64,000 nucleotides of DNA from an uncultured Actinomyces sp. (GTDB taxonomy: Bacteria; Actinomycetota; Actinomycetes; S36-B12). The stretch is taken from positions 9,316-73,315 of the forward strand of contig CAZICY010000004.1 of the NCBI GenBank assembly GCA_964537955.1, in the 5' to 3' direction. Both the position numbers and the translations under genes were made by a program. This document shows positions 26,617-35,227 of the stretch, piece after piece. The notes below the pieces were generated by a model that saw only the letters and a program-made list of their open reading frames with translations, was not told the DNA's origin and ran no database searches. The number at the start of each line of letters is the position of its first letter. Position 1 is the first letter of the stretch.

Positions 26617-27837
26617 TCAGGGGCGTCCGTGCACCTCGTCGGCTGCGCGCAGCCCACTGCGCAGGGCCCCCTCCATCAGCCCGGAACGCTCGCCTGCCGT
26701 GTGCTCGCCTGCGATGTGCACGCGGCCCACGGGTGCGGCGATCAGCTCGTCGTCGCCGGGCTCGCTCGCAGCACCCAGTCCGGAGTAGGCGAACGTCGCC
26801 CAGGGATCGTCGTCCCACGTGCTGAGCAGGGTGTGCTCCGTAGCGAGGTCCAGTTCGGGACGCAGATCCTCGAGCGCCTGGAGCCACTCGTGGGGTCCTT
26901 CGGCGACGTCGAGCCCGGTGAGCGCGGGCGCCGAGCCCGAGAAGCAGTGCACGACGGGCTGCACTTCGCCGCTGACATCGGTGGCGGTCCAGCACCAGAA
27001 GCGGCGCGCCACGTCGAGCACTGCGCTCGCCGGCGCTGGTGAGGCGAGGGACACGTGCAGTTTGGCCGCGCGCCCGCGTGCCATGCGCGCCATGGCGTCG
27101 CGCTGCTTGCCGGATAGCCCCGGTTGCAGGTCGAATCGCTCGAGGAGGGGCAGCGGGATCGCCATGACGACGGCGTCGGCATCCAGGATCGACCCGAGCA
27201 CGTGAACCCGCACCCCATCCTCCGTGGCGTGCACCGCGGTCGCAGGTGCGCCGAGTCGCACGCGATCGCCGAGTGCTGCGGCGAGCGAGCGGGCGATGCG
27301 CTGGTTGCCCCCGCCGATGCGCGCGGTGGGCAGGGGCTGCACAGAGGTGACGGAGTCCAGGAGCACGTGGCAGGACAGTTGGTCCTCGGGAGCCGCCCAG
27401 CTGATGGCCGCGCGTGCGGCCAGCACCTGCGCGGCGGCGCTGCCCGGTGCGTGCTCGACGAGGAAGTCGCGCAGGCTCACGCGCCGATCCGTCGCCTCTG
27501 CTGCGGGCCGCAGGTCCTGCGCTACCGCCGCGACATCCTGCGCGCTGATGGGCTGCGAGGCCTGGCGTGGCTCGCGCACGTAGTAGGACATGCCCGAGGA
27601 AGCGACCGGCAGGTCGAAGCGCCGCGCCAGGTCGTGCATGACGTCGTAGCCGGAGAGCACGAACTCCGCACCGCACTCGACGACGGTCTCCGGCCGGCCG
27701 GGGATGAGCTCCTGCGACCACACGCGCCCGCCGACGCGGTCGCGGGCCTCGAGCACCGTGACGTCGTGGCCGAGCCCGACGAGTCGGTCCGCGCACGCCA
27801 GACCGGCGAAGCCGGCCCCGATCACGATGACGCGCAC
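26617..27837 (-). CDS. Flavin-containing amine oxidase (canonical domain order)
   Basis: GTG 27837 gives VRVIVIGAGFAGLACADRLVGLGHDVTVLEARDRVGGRVWS. The C-terminus TWDDDPWATFAYS…GRVHIAGEHTAGERSGLMEGALRSGLRAADEV is the canonical amine-oxidase C-terminal FAD segment. Confidence 0.8.
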   Translation of the reverse strand: MRVIVIGAGFAGLACADRLVGLGHDVTVLEARDRVGGRVWSQELIPGRPETVVECGAEFVLSGYDVMHDLARRFDLPVASSGMSYYVREPRQASQPISAQDVAAVAQDLRPAAEATDRRVSLRDFLVEHAPGSAAAQVLAARAAISWAAPEDQLSCHVLLDSVTSVQPLPTARIGGGNQRIARSLAAALGDRVRLGAPATAVHATEDGVRVHVLGSILDADAVVMAIPLPLLERFDLQPGLSGKQRDAMARMARGRAAKLHVSLASPAPASAVLDVARRFWCWTATDVSGEVQPVVHCFSGSAPALTGLDVAEGPHEWLQALEDLRPELDLATEHTLLSTWDDDPWATFAYSGLGAASEPGDDELIAAPVGRVHIAGEHTAGERSGLMEGALRSGLRAADEVHGRP

Positions 27838-27895
27838 CGTCCCAGTCTGGCGTAGCCGTGAAGCCACGGGGGTAGGGTCCGCCCGAGGAGGCATC

Positions 27896-28069
27896 ATGGA
27901 CGAGAAGACGAAGAAGGACGTCAAGGACGGCGGAGAGCATCTCCTCCACGGCGTGGAGGACGCTGCTGACGTGGTCGGTCACGGCGTGACCGGGGCCGTG
28001 AAGGGCGTCGCTGATGGGGTGGAGAGCGCGTCCGCCGAGACGAGGGTGCGCGAGGCGGACTCAGCGTAG
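27896..28069 (+). CDS. Small hydrophilic protein (57 aa), unknown function
   Basis: ATG 27896 is preceded by GAGGAGG. Its Gly/Val/Asp-rich, charged composition is consistent with a stress-protein-like polypeptide. No family was recognised. Confidence 0.4.
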   Translation: MDEKTKKDVKDGGEHLLHGVEDAADVVGHGVTGAVKGVADGVESASAETRVREADSA

Positions 28070-28097
28070 GCACCTGCTCACGCCTCGGACCCCGTGA

Positions 28098-28679
28098 TTA
28101 GGACGTGGTCACTACCCGTCGGACCACTCCGGAGCTGGAGACCGCGACGCTGATGGTGTCGGTGGTGTCCTGCCCCTTGCTGCGTGTGCGCGTCGTGGCC
28201 TGGAAGGCCCGCGCCGTCCCCGTGGGGATGCGCAGGGAGAGCACGACCGAGCCCTTTCCCTGGAGCACGGTCGTGAGGGTGCCACCCCCCGCGCACGCTC
28301 CGACGGTGGTGAATGCCCCTCCGGCGCTGCCTCCCGCGCAGTAGGCGAGGTCCACGCGGTTGGCTCCGTTGCCGTAGGGCCCCGTGTGGCTCAGCGTGAG
28401 GGTGGCGACATCGAGGTCGCCGATGTTCTGGAGGAAGAAGATCTGCCCCCACGAGTTGTCGGCGTTCAACGACACGGTGAGAGGCCCCGTGGTGTTGGTG
28501 GCCACCTGCTCGGGCAAGACGGCGGAGATCCGATACGTGGCCGTGAGGACCGACATCTGCAGGAAGTTCGATGACGTCGCCATGGTCGCGCCCCGGGCGC
28601 CGAGGGGGGCGGCGGCAACGGATGCCGCCACCGCCCCCACGACGATCGCTCGCAGGGAGTGAAGCCCGAAGCGCCCCAT
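28098..28679 (-). CDS. TasA/camelysin-like exported protein, copy 2
   Basis: Start re-derived to ATG 28679. N-terminal MGRFGLHSLRAIVVGAVAASVAAAPLGARGATMATSSNF. FFLQNIGDLDVATLTLS resembles the TasA 'F.N.G.l' block. It ends in …VVTTS. The start lies 14 nt downstream of the copy-1 stop. Confidence 0.55.
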   Translation of the reverse strand: MGRFGLHSLRAIVVGAVAASVAAAPLGARGATMATSSNFLQMSVLTATYRISAVLPEQVATNTTGPLTVSLNADNSWGQIFFLQNIGDLDVATLTLSHTGPYGNGANRVDLAYCAGGSAGGAFTTVGACAGGGTLTTVLQGKGSVVLSLRIPTGTARAFQATTRTRSKGQDTTDTISVAVSSSGVVRRVVTTS

Positions 28680-28693
28680 AGGACCGGGACTGC

Positions 28694-29365
28694 CTACGAC
28701 GTGGTGGTGGTCGTGCTGCGCATCGTCTCGCTCAGCGTCCACGTCAGGGCGGCGGTCTTGCCCTGCACGGTGTTGGCTGGCGGTACGCCGTTCACCGTCG
28801 TTTCGTTCGTGTCCGGGAGCGTGATGGCGAAGCGGAGATGGATCTCCTGGCCGGCAAGGATGTTGGCGCCCGCCGGCGTCGTCGGAACCACCGGGAGCGC
28901 GAGCGGGGTCGACTTGAGGGCAACTGCGGTCGAGGTGCCGAGGCTGGTCGACGTGCCCGCACAGGCACCCGATGCCGGCGTCCAGGCGACGCTGCACTGG
29001 GAAACCGTGACGCTGAGGCCCCTTGTCGCGTCCGTCGTGAGGACGCTGTTGACCGAATCCGAGAGAGACAGCCGCAGGTCCTGGGCATCGAGATTGCCGT
29101 TGTTGGTGTACTTCACGTAGCGGTAGACGGTGTCACCCGGCGCCATCTTGTCGATCGGCGTCGTGAAGCCATTGCCGTTGTCCGCCTGGATCAGGCTCAA
29201 TGTGCCAGCAGTAGTTGCCGTCGGCGTCGTATTGAAGCTTTCGGCCGAGAGTGTCGCGTAGACGGTCGTCACGATCAAGGTGAGTCCGCCGACTGCGGCG
29301 AAGGCCAGGACTGCCGCGCGCCCGAGTGCCGTTGCAGCTGGGCCCGGTGTGGAAATGATTGCCAT
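28694..29365 (-). CDS. TasA/camelysin (peptidase M73-like) exported protein, copy 1
   Basis: TAGTLSLIQADNG…IDKMAPGDTVYRYVKYTNNGNLDAQDL parallels B. subtilis TasA SGTLDLSAKE…LKPGDKLTKDFQFENNGSLA. The C-terminal QGKTAALTWTLSET parallels TasA QGNSIKLQFSFEAT. It has an N-terminal hydrophobic signal. Confidence 0.65.
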   Translation of the reverse strand: MAIISTPGPAATALGRAAVLAFAAVGGLTLIVTTVYATLSAESFNTTPTATTAGTLSLIQADNGNGFTTPIDKMAPGDTVYRYVKYTNNGNLDAQDLRLSLSDSVNSVLTTDATRGLSVTVSQCSVAWTPASGACAGTSTSLGTSTAVALKSTPLALPVVPTTPAGANILAGQEIHLRFAITLPDTNETTVNGVPPANTVQGKTAALTWTLSETMRSTTTTTS

Positions 29366-29374
29366 GCAGATCTC

Positions 29375-29971
29375 CTAAGCATCTGCGGACGAGATGTCCG
29401 CGAGGACGGGACTGGCTCCTTCGGGCCTCCCTTCGCCGGATAGGTGGGTGCCGACCTGTCGTCGGCCCAGCGCGAAGAGGGCGAGCGCCATGACGTTGGC
29501 GCCCACAAGGAGTGTCACCGCGAGCCGCTGGGCGTCGGCTGACGCGAGGTACGCGAGCGGCGAGCCGATCGCAGGGATGCGCCAGATCACGCGAGGCAAC
29601 TCGTGCGTGGCAGAGACCAGGACCGGGTCGGTGTCGAGCTGGGCGTTTGCGTCGCCCTTGGTGGTGAAGCGGTTGAGGCCGTTGAGGACCCTGGACTCGA
29701 CGACTCGATGAGCGACGGTCGCGCCTGCCGCCTCGACCACGATGACGTCGCCCACGCTGACGGTGCCCGCACTCGAGATCTTGGTCACGATGAGATCCCC
29801 CGCATCAATCGCGGGCGTCATGCTTCCTGTCAGGACGGTCGTAACGCCGATTCCCCATGACGCGCGCGCGACCGTGGGCATGAGGAGCAGCACGAGCGTT
29901 GCTACCGCCATGAGGATGAGCGGCCATCGTTGTCGCGCGGCTCTTGTCTCGGGCGCAGCCATGCCGGACAT
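29375..29971 (-). CDS. Signal peptidase I, archaeal/ER-type (S26B, SipW-like)
   Basis: VLTGSMTPAIDAGDLIVTK…VGDVIVV…TVAHRVV…FTTKGDANAQLDTDPV aligns block by block with B. subtilis SipW (SGSMEP…GSLILVK…GDVITF…VTHRIV…KTKGDNN). ATG 29971 is chosen; 29962 and 30046 are alternatives. Confidence 0.75.
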   Translation of the reverse strand: MSGMAAPETRAARQRWPLILMAVATLVLLLMPTVARASWGIGVTTVLTGSMTPAIDAGDLIVTKISSAGTVSVGDVIVVEAAGATVAHRVVESRVLNGLNRFTTKGDANAQLDTDPVLVSATHELPRVIWRIPAIGSPLAYLASADAQRLAVTLLVGANVMALALFALGRRQVGTHLSGEGRPEGASPVLADISSADA

Positions 29972-30254
29972 GCTAGGAATCGTTGCGACGAATTCACCCG
30001 TGAGAGAAGTCAACGAATGGGCTGTTGAACGCCGACGACCAGTCATGGTCAGTCGTTGTGACCGGGCACGGGCGGATGATTGCCCACGAGAGGCTTGGGG
30101 GAACCCGGTGGCCTGGGCCGGTTTCGAGTCGCCGAACTTCCGAGGGTGAGGACGAACCAGAGTGTCTTCAGGGTGCGTCCCCATCCTTTGGGGCTCATCG
30201 ATCCCGTGCGGGGGGCGCGGACCCGGATTTGTCAGCCGGGGAGACGCCTGCTAG

Positions 30255-30352
30255 TTTCCTCTCCAACATCAAGAGCGACTGAGAGACCTGGCTCGCTGAA
30301 GTCGCAGCAACCCCTCGGGGTGCTAATGCCAGGACCGATGTGGAGGAAACAT
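30255..30352 (+). promoter_or_regulatory. SAM riboswitch, SAM-I clan (S-box-like core; no obvious canonical P4)
   Basis: CUCCAACAUCAAGAG-CGACUGAGAGACCUGGCUCGCUGAAGUCGC-AGCAACC-CCCCUCGGGG-UGCUAAUGCCAGGACC-GAUGUGGAG. The P1 strands pair (one bulge). P2 has a k-turn-like UGAGAGA/UGAA. The AGCAACC junction is present. CCUGGC/GCCAGG have pseudoknot potential. Confidence 0.7.
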
Positions 30353-30529
30353 CATGAGGTCCATGCGCTCTGTTCCGCTCACGCGACGTCGGGTCGTCGA
30401 CCACATGCGCATGGACGGCTGCCTCTGTCCCTGGATGCCGGGCCTCTAGGCCCTCCCTGCACGACCCCTTCAGGGCTCCTCCCACGAGAGGAGGCCCTCC
30501 GCATCCACGCACGCCACGAGAGGCTTCCC

Positions 30530-31315
30530 ATGACTGCCCCCCTCCCGGCCACCCTGCCGGCCACGAGCCGCACGGCTCAACCCGCCACGGTCGACGTCAC
30601 GGACGTGAGCAAGGAGTTCACGACGTCCAGCGGGCGCATCCCCGTCCTGCGCGACGTCTCGCTGCACATCGCGCCCGGTGAGACCGTCGCCCTGCTCGGC
30701 CCGAGTGGCTGCGGCAAGTCGACCCTGCTGCGTCTCATCGCAGGACTCGACACGCCGACCACCGGATCCGTCACCGTGGACGGTCAACTCGTCTCGGGTG
30801 TCGACACGCGCTGCTCGATCGTGTTCCAGGAGCCGCGACTGCTTCCGTGGAAGACCGTGGGGTCCAACGTCCGCCTAGGAGCTCGCGGCGGTGCCCACCA
30901 GGACGAGGTCGATGCCTGGCTCGAACTCGTCGGCCTCGATGGGTTCGCGTCCTACCTGCCCAAGCAGATCTCGGGCGGCATGGCGCAGCGCACCGCCTTG
31001 GCCAGGGCCCTCATCGGCCACCCGGGCGTGCTGCTCCTCGACGAGCCCTTCGCGGCGCTCGACGCGCTCACCCGACTGCAGATGCAGGACCTGCTCGCCC
31101 AGGTCACCGAGGCGCTCGGCACGACGGCCTTGCTCGTCACGCACGATGTCGACGAGGCCCTCTATCTCGCCGATCGCGTCATCGTGCTCGGCCAGCGTGC
31201 GGAGGGCATCGTCGACGTCGTCGATGTGCCCTTCGGTCACCCCCGCGATCGCGGAGATGCCCGCCTTGCCCCTCTGCGCGCCTCCCTGCTCCGGAGGTTC
31301 GGCATCCACACCTGA
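30530..31315 (+). CDS. ABC transporter ATP-binding protein, NitT/TauT (sulfonate/nitrate/taurine) family
   Basis: Start re-derived to ATG 30530. Walker A GPSGCGKST, signature ISGGMAQRTALARAL, Walker B LLLDEPFAALD. Confidence 0.85.
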   Translation: MTAPLPATLPATSRTAQPATVDVTDVSKEFTTSSGRIPVLRDVSLHIAPGETVALLGPSGCGKSTLLRLIAGLDTPTTGSVTVDGQLVSGVDTRCSIVFQEPRLLPWKTVGSNVRLGARGGAHQDEVDAWLELVGLDGFASYLPKQISGGMAQRTALARALIGHPGVLLLDEPFAALDALTRLQMQDLLAQVTEALGTTALLVTHDVDEALYLADRVIVLGQRAEGIVDVVDVPFGHPRDRGDARLAPLRASLLRRFGIHT

Positions 31316-31366
31316 CCCTTCCCACCCCCTAGCCGTCCCACTTCCCCTATCGACTTTGGAGTTCAC

Positions 31367-32377
31367 ATGTCCCATGCACGTCGCCAACCCCGTCTCGTCG
31401 CGGCGCTCTCACTCGCTGCCATCGCAGGCCTGACGCTCGCCGCCTGCGCTTCGGGCGAGGGAGGGTCCGCAGAGGATTCCTCCACCCTGTCCTTGGACTA
31501 CGCCTACTACAACCCCCTGAGCCTCGTCGTGCGCGACCAGGGATGCGTCGAGGCGGCAGTCGCCGACCAGGGCACCACCGTGGAGTGGATCCTGTCGACC
31601 GGCAGCAACAAGGCCAACGAGAACCTCAACGCCGGCGTGCTCGACATCGGCTCCACGTCAGGAGCGGCCGCTCTCGCTGCACGGGCCAACGGCGGTGCCA
31701 TCAAGACGATTGGCGTCTTCTCGCAGCCCGACTGGGCAGCCATCGTCGTCCCTGCCGACTCGACCATCACCGACGTCGCGGGCCTCAAGGGAACCAAGGT
31801 CGCCGCCACGAAGGGCACCGATCCCTACTTCTTCCTCCTGCAGGCGCTCAATGAGGCAGGGCTGAGCCAGACCGACGTGGAGATCATCAACCTCCAGCAC
31901 GCTGATGGCCAGGCAGCTCTGGTGCGCGGAGACGTCCAGGCATGGGCCGGCCTCGACCCCATCACCGCGCAGGCGGAGGCCAACGACGGCGTGAAACTGA
32001 TCTACCGCAACATCGACTTCGCTTCGTACGGCGTGCTCAACGCCCGCGAGGCCTTCCTCGAGTCATCGCCGGAACTGGTCGAGACAGTCCTCGGCTGCTA
32101 CGAGCAGGCACGCGCCTGGATCAAGGCCAACCCCGACGAGGCAGCGGCGCTCCTCGCCAAGGAAGCATCCCTCGATCCGGAGGTCGCCCGCGTGGTGCTC
32201 ACCGAGCGCACGGTGACCGACATCTCGATCGTGCCCGCCGACGCGCAGCGTCAGGTGCTCGAGAGGATCCTGCCGATCCTCGTCGCCGAGGGCCAGGTCC
32301 GCTCCGAGGAAGAGGTGCGCGCGGCACTCGACAGCCTCTACGCACCCGAGATCGCCCAGAAGGTCGCCTCGTCATGA
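31367..32377 (+). CDS. ABC transporter substrate-binding lipoprotein, SsuA/NMT1-like
   Basis: Signal …LAAIAGLTLAAC (lipobox). Its size and position between the ATPase and permease genes fit the NitT/TauT family. Confidence 0.75.
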   Translation: MSHARRQPRLVAALSLAAIAGLTLAACASGEGGSAEDSSTLSLDYAYYNPLSLVVRDQGCVEAAVADQGTTVEWILSTGSNKANENLNAGVLDIGSTSGAAALAARANGGAIKTIGVFSQPDWAAIVVPADSTITDVAGLKGTKVAATKGTDPYFFLLQALNEAGLSQTDVEIINLQHADGQAALVRGDVQAWAGLDPITAQAEANDGVKLIYRNIDFASYGVLNAREAFLESSPELVETVLGCYEQARAWIKANPDEAAALLAKEASLDPEVARVVLTERTVTDISIVPADAQRQVLERILPILVAEGQVRSEEEVRAALDSLYAPEIAQKVASS

Positions 32378-33222
32378 CGACACACGCGCCGACGCCGCCC
32401 CGTGTCGAGCCCCGCAAGGGGCTCGACACGGACGAGGCGACTCCCTCGGGCTCGTCCCGGGAGAGTCGCCTCGCCTCGCGTCTCGGCAATGCCGCGCTCG
32501 GGCTCATCGTCCCGGCCGGGCTGCTCCTGCTGTGGATCACGCTCGCGGCGAACGGCTCCTTCTCGAGCAGCCAGCTCCCCTCCCCGGGAGAGGTTCTCGC
32601 GGGACTCGTCGAGCTCATCGAGCGCGGCACCTTCTGGACGCATGTCGCCATCACGATCCAGCGGGTCCTGCTCGGTTTCGCGGCGGGCGCGACGCTCGGC
32701 ATCATCGTCGGTTCGCTCGTGGGGCTTTCCCCGTGGGCGAGTCGTCTCTTCGCCCCGACCATCCATGCGATTCGCGCGGTGCCATCGCTGGCCTGGGTGC
32801 CCGTGCTCGTGCTGTGGCTCGGGATCTACGAGGGCCCCAAGGTGACGCTGGTGGCGATCGGTGCGTTCTTCCCCGTCTTCACGACCGTTGCCGCGGGCTT
32901 CCAGCACGCTGACCGCAGGCTCATCGAGGTGGGTCGCGCGTACGGCCTGCGCGGGTTCAAGCTCGCCACCCAGGTGATCCTGCCGTCGGCTGCGCCGACG
33001 ATCTTCTCCGGCCTCAGGCTCGGCCTCGCGCAGAGCTGGCTCTTCGTCGTCGCCGCCGAGCTCATCGCGAGCTCCAAGGGGCTCGGCTTCCTGCTCATCG
33101 ACTCTCAGAACACGCTGCGCACCGACATCCTCCTGCTATCGATCATCCTGCTTGCCCTTCTCGGCAAGACCACGGACTTCCTCCTATCCCTCATCGAACG
33201 GAGAGTGCTCCGATGGACCTGA
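32374..33222 (+). CDS. ABC transporter permease, SsuC/TauC-like
   Basis: ATGA overlap with the SBP gene. It has 6 TM helices and a BPD-transporter EAA-like loop (…ADRRLIEVGRAYGLRGFKLATQVILPSAAP). Confidence 0.8.
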   Translation: MTTHAPTPPRVEPRKGLDTDEATPSGSSRESRLASRLGNAALGLIVPAGLLLLWITLAANGSFSSSQLPSPGEVLAGLVELIERGTFWTHVAITIQRVLLGFAAGATLGIIVGSLVGLSPWASRLFAPTIHAIRAVPSLAWVPVLVLWLGIYEGPKVTLVAIGAFFPVFTTVAAGFQHADRRLIEVGRAYGLRGFKLATQVILPSAAPTIFSGLRLGLAQSWLFVVAAELIASSKGLGFLLIDSQNTLRTDILLLSIILLALLGKTTDFLLSLIERRVLRWT

Positions 33223-33247
33223 TCGCCTTCGGACGAAGGGCAGCGAC

Positions 33248-34543
33248 GTGAGCGACCGCGAGTGGGGCTTCCGCACGCGCGCCCTGCATGCGGGCGGTGC
33301 CCCCGACCCGACGACCGGCGCGCGTGCCGTGCCCATCTTCCAGACGACGAGCTTCGTCTTCGAGGACAGCGATGACGCGGCTGCGCTCTTCGCCCTCCAG
33401 AAGTACGGCAACATCTATTCGCGCATCGGCAATCCGACCGTGGCCGCCTTCGAGGAGCGCATCGCGTCCCTCGAGGGAGGGCTCGGCGCGGTGGCGACGG
33501 GCAGCGGCCAGGCCGCGGAGTTCCTCGTCTTCGCCGCCCTTGCCGGTGCAGGCGACCACATCGTGGCGTCCTCGTCGCTCTACGGCGGCACGGTGACCCA
33601 GCTCGCCGTCACCCTCCGTCGCTTCGGCGTGGAGACGACCTTCGTCTCCGGCGGGGATCCCGCGGACTTCGCCGCGGCGATCCGGGACAACACCAAGCTG
33701 GTCTTCGCCGAGGTGGTCGCCAACCCTTCCACCGATGTCGCCGACATCGCCGGGCTGGCTGACGTCGCACACGCGCATGGGGTCCCCCTCGTGGTGGATG
33801 CGACGACGGTCACCCCCTACCTCTGCCGCCCCATCGAGCATGGTGCCGACATCGTCGTCCACTCCGCGACGAAGTTCCTCGGAGGACACGGCACCGCACT
33901 CGGTGGCGTCATCGTGGACGCGGGTCGCTTCGACTGGGGAAGTGGTCGGTTCCCACACTTCACGGAGCCAGTCCCGACCTATGGCGACATCCGCTGGTGG
34001 GACAACTTCGGCGAGTACGCCTTCCTGACCAAGGTGCGCGTCGAGGATCTGCGCGACATCGGACCTGCCCTGTCGCCGTTCAATGCCTTCCTGCTCCTGC
34101 AAGGGGTCGAGACGCTCCCGCAGCGCATGCGCGAGCACGTCGCGAACGCTCGGCGCGTCGCCGAGTGGCTCGCGGAGGATCCCCGCGTGGCATGGGTGAG
34201 CTACTCCGGCCTGCCCGGGCATCGCGACCATGAGCGTGCCCGCACCTACACGCCCGAGGGTCCCGGCGCCGTCTTCTCCTTCGGCATCAAGGGAGGAGCC
34301 CCTGCCGCGGAGGCCTTCATCGGCAACGTCCGCCTGCTCAGTCACCTCGCCAACATCGGTGATGCCCGGAGCCTGGTGATCCATCCCGCCAGCACGACGC
34401 ACCGCCAACTCTCGCCGCAGCAGCTCGTGGAAGCAGGGGTGCCGGACGACCTCATCCGCCTGAGCATCGGGCTTGAGGACGTCGACGACATCCTGTGGGA
34501 CATCGACAGTGCGCTCACAGCGGCGACGGGAGTATCCCGATGA
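33248..34543 (+). CDS. metY: O-acetylhomoserine aminocarboxypropyltransferase (sulfhydrylase), PLP-dependent
   Basis: GTG 33248. FRTRALHAGGAPDPTTGARAVPIFQTTSFVF, YSRIGNPTVAAFEERIASLEGG and the PLP-lysine context VHSATKFLGGHG. Confidence 0.85.
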   Translation: MSDREWGFRTRALHAGGAPDPTTGARAVPIFQTTSFVFEDSDDAAALFALQKYGNIYSRIGNPTVAAFEERIASLEGGLGAVATGSGQAAEFLVFAALAGAGDHIVASSSLYGGTVTQLAVTLRRFGVETTFVSGGDPADFAAAIRDNTKLVFAEVVANPSTDVADIAGLADVAHAHGVPLVVDATTVTPYLCRPIEHGADIVVHSATKFLGGHGTALGGVIVDAGRFDWGSGRFPHFTEPVPTYGDIRWWDNFGEYAFLTKVRVEDLRDIGPALSPFNAFLLLQGVETLPQRMREHVANARRVAEWLAEDPRVAWVSYSGLPGHRDHERARTYTPEGPGAVFSFGIKGGAPAAEAFIGNVRLLSHLANIGDARSLVIHPASTTHRQLSPQQLVEAGVPDDLIRLSIGLEDVDDILWDIDSALTAATGVSR

Positions 34544-35031
34544 CCGGGTCGACCACCGCGTGGCAGCCTCCGTCCGCGCAGGAGCGCCTCGCACTCTTGC
34601 GACGGTCGCAGACCATCGCCATCGTCGGTGCCTCGGACAACCCGGCTCGCGCCAGCTTCTTCGTGGCGACGTACCTTCTGTCGAGCACCGACTTCACAGT
34701 GTGGTTCGTCAACCCGCGTGTCGAGACGATCTTGGGGCACCCGGTCTACTCCTCCCTCTCCGACCTGCCCGGCACACCGGACATCGTCGATGCCTTCAGG
34801 CGCCCGGACGACATGCCGACCGTCCTGGACGAGAGCCTGGAGGTAGGCGCAGGAGCACTGTGGATGCAGTTGGGCATCACGCACGAGGAGACCGCTCAGC
34901 GCGGCACCGAGGCGGGGATGGCCGTCGTCATGGACCGTTGCATCAAGATCGAGCACGCGCGCTTCCACCGAGGCCTGCACTACGCCGGCTTCAACACCGG
35001 AGTCATCTCGTCCCGTCGGCGACTACCGTGA
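34540..35031 (+). CDS. CoA-binding domain protein
   Basis: ATGA overlap with metY. TIAIVGASDNPARASFFVATYL…DIVDAFRRP…GAGALWMQLG is the CoA_binding_2 pattern. Confidence 0.7.
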   Translation: MTGSTTAWQPPSAQERLALLRRSQTIAIVGASDNPARASFFVATYLLSSTDFTVWFVNPRVETILGHPVYSSLSDLPGTPDIVDAFRRPDDMPTVLDESLEVGAGALWMQLGITHEETAQRGTEAGMAVVMDRCIKIEHARFHRGLHYAGFNTGVISSRRRLP

Positions 35032-35118
35032 TCGTGCGGCGCCTGACGATGTGCCGTCACATGGATCACGGATGAGTGTGCTCTGACCGGCCTCGGCGCC
35101 TGGAACCCGGCCCTTTTC

Positions 35119-35156
35119 GGTGGCCAGGGGCGGGGTCGAACCGCCGACCTTCCGAT
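35119..35156 (-). repeat. Orphan copy of the 3' 36 nt of tRNA-Phe (+2 nt flank); att-like direct repeat
   Basis: ggtggccaggggcggggtcgaaccgccgaccttccgat is identical over 38/38 nt to 38753-38790 and in the same orientation. The sequence diverges immediately after the T-arm/variable region, so this is not a complete tRNA. Confidence 0.9.
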
Positions 35157-35227
35157 GTGCAGTTCACTTCCTGACGCACCCACAATGCATCGGTTCCTGA
35201 TCCGGAAGGCACGTGGCCTTTCAGCTA

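Noticed and set aside
30354-30449. 31-codon ORF (MRSMRSVPLTRRRVVDHMRMDGCLCPWMPGL) just after the SAM aptamer, a possible leader peptide
   Set aside because: It has no RBS and no enrichment of Met/Cys codons in a regulatory pattern. It is more likely part of the expression platform, so I left it unannotated.
30080-30529. N-terminal 150-aa extension of the ABC ATPase ORF
   Set aside because: It would read through the SAM riboswitch and the sipW promoter region. The ATPase family N-terminus and a GAGAGG RBS fit the ATG at 30530.
35119-35156. A fourth (complete) tRNA gene
   Set aside because: Only the acceptor 3' strand, T-arm and part of the variable/anticodon-stem region are present. The sequence diverges from tRNA-Phe after 'ccttccgat', and no anticodon arm, D-arm or 5' acceptor strand follows.
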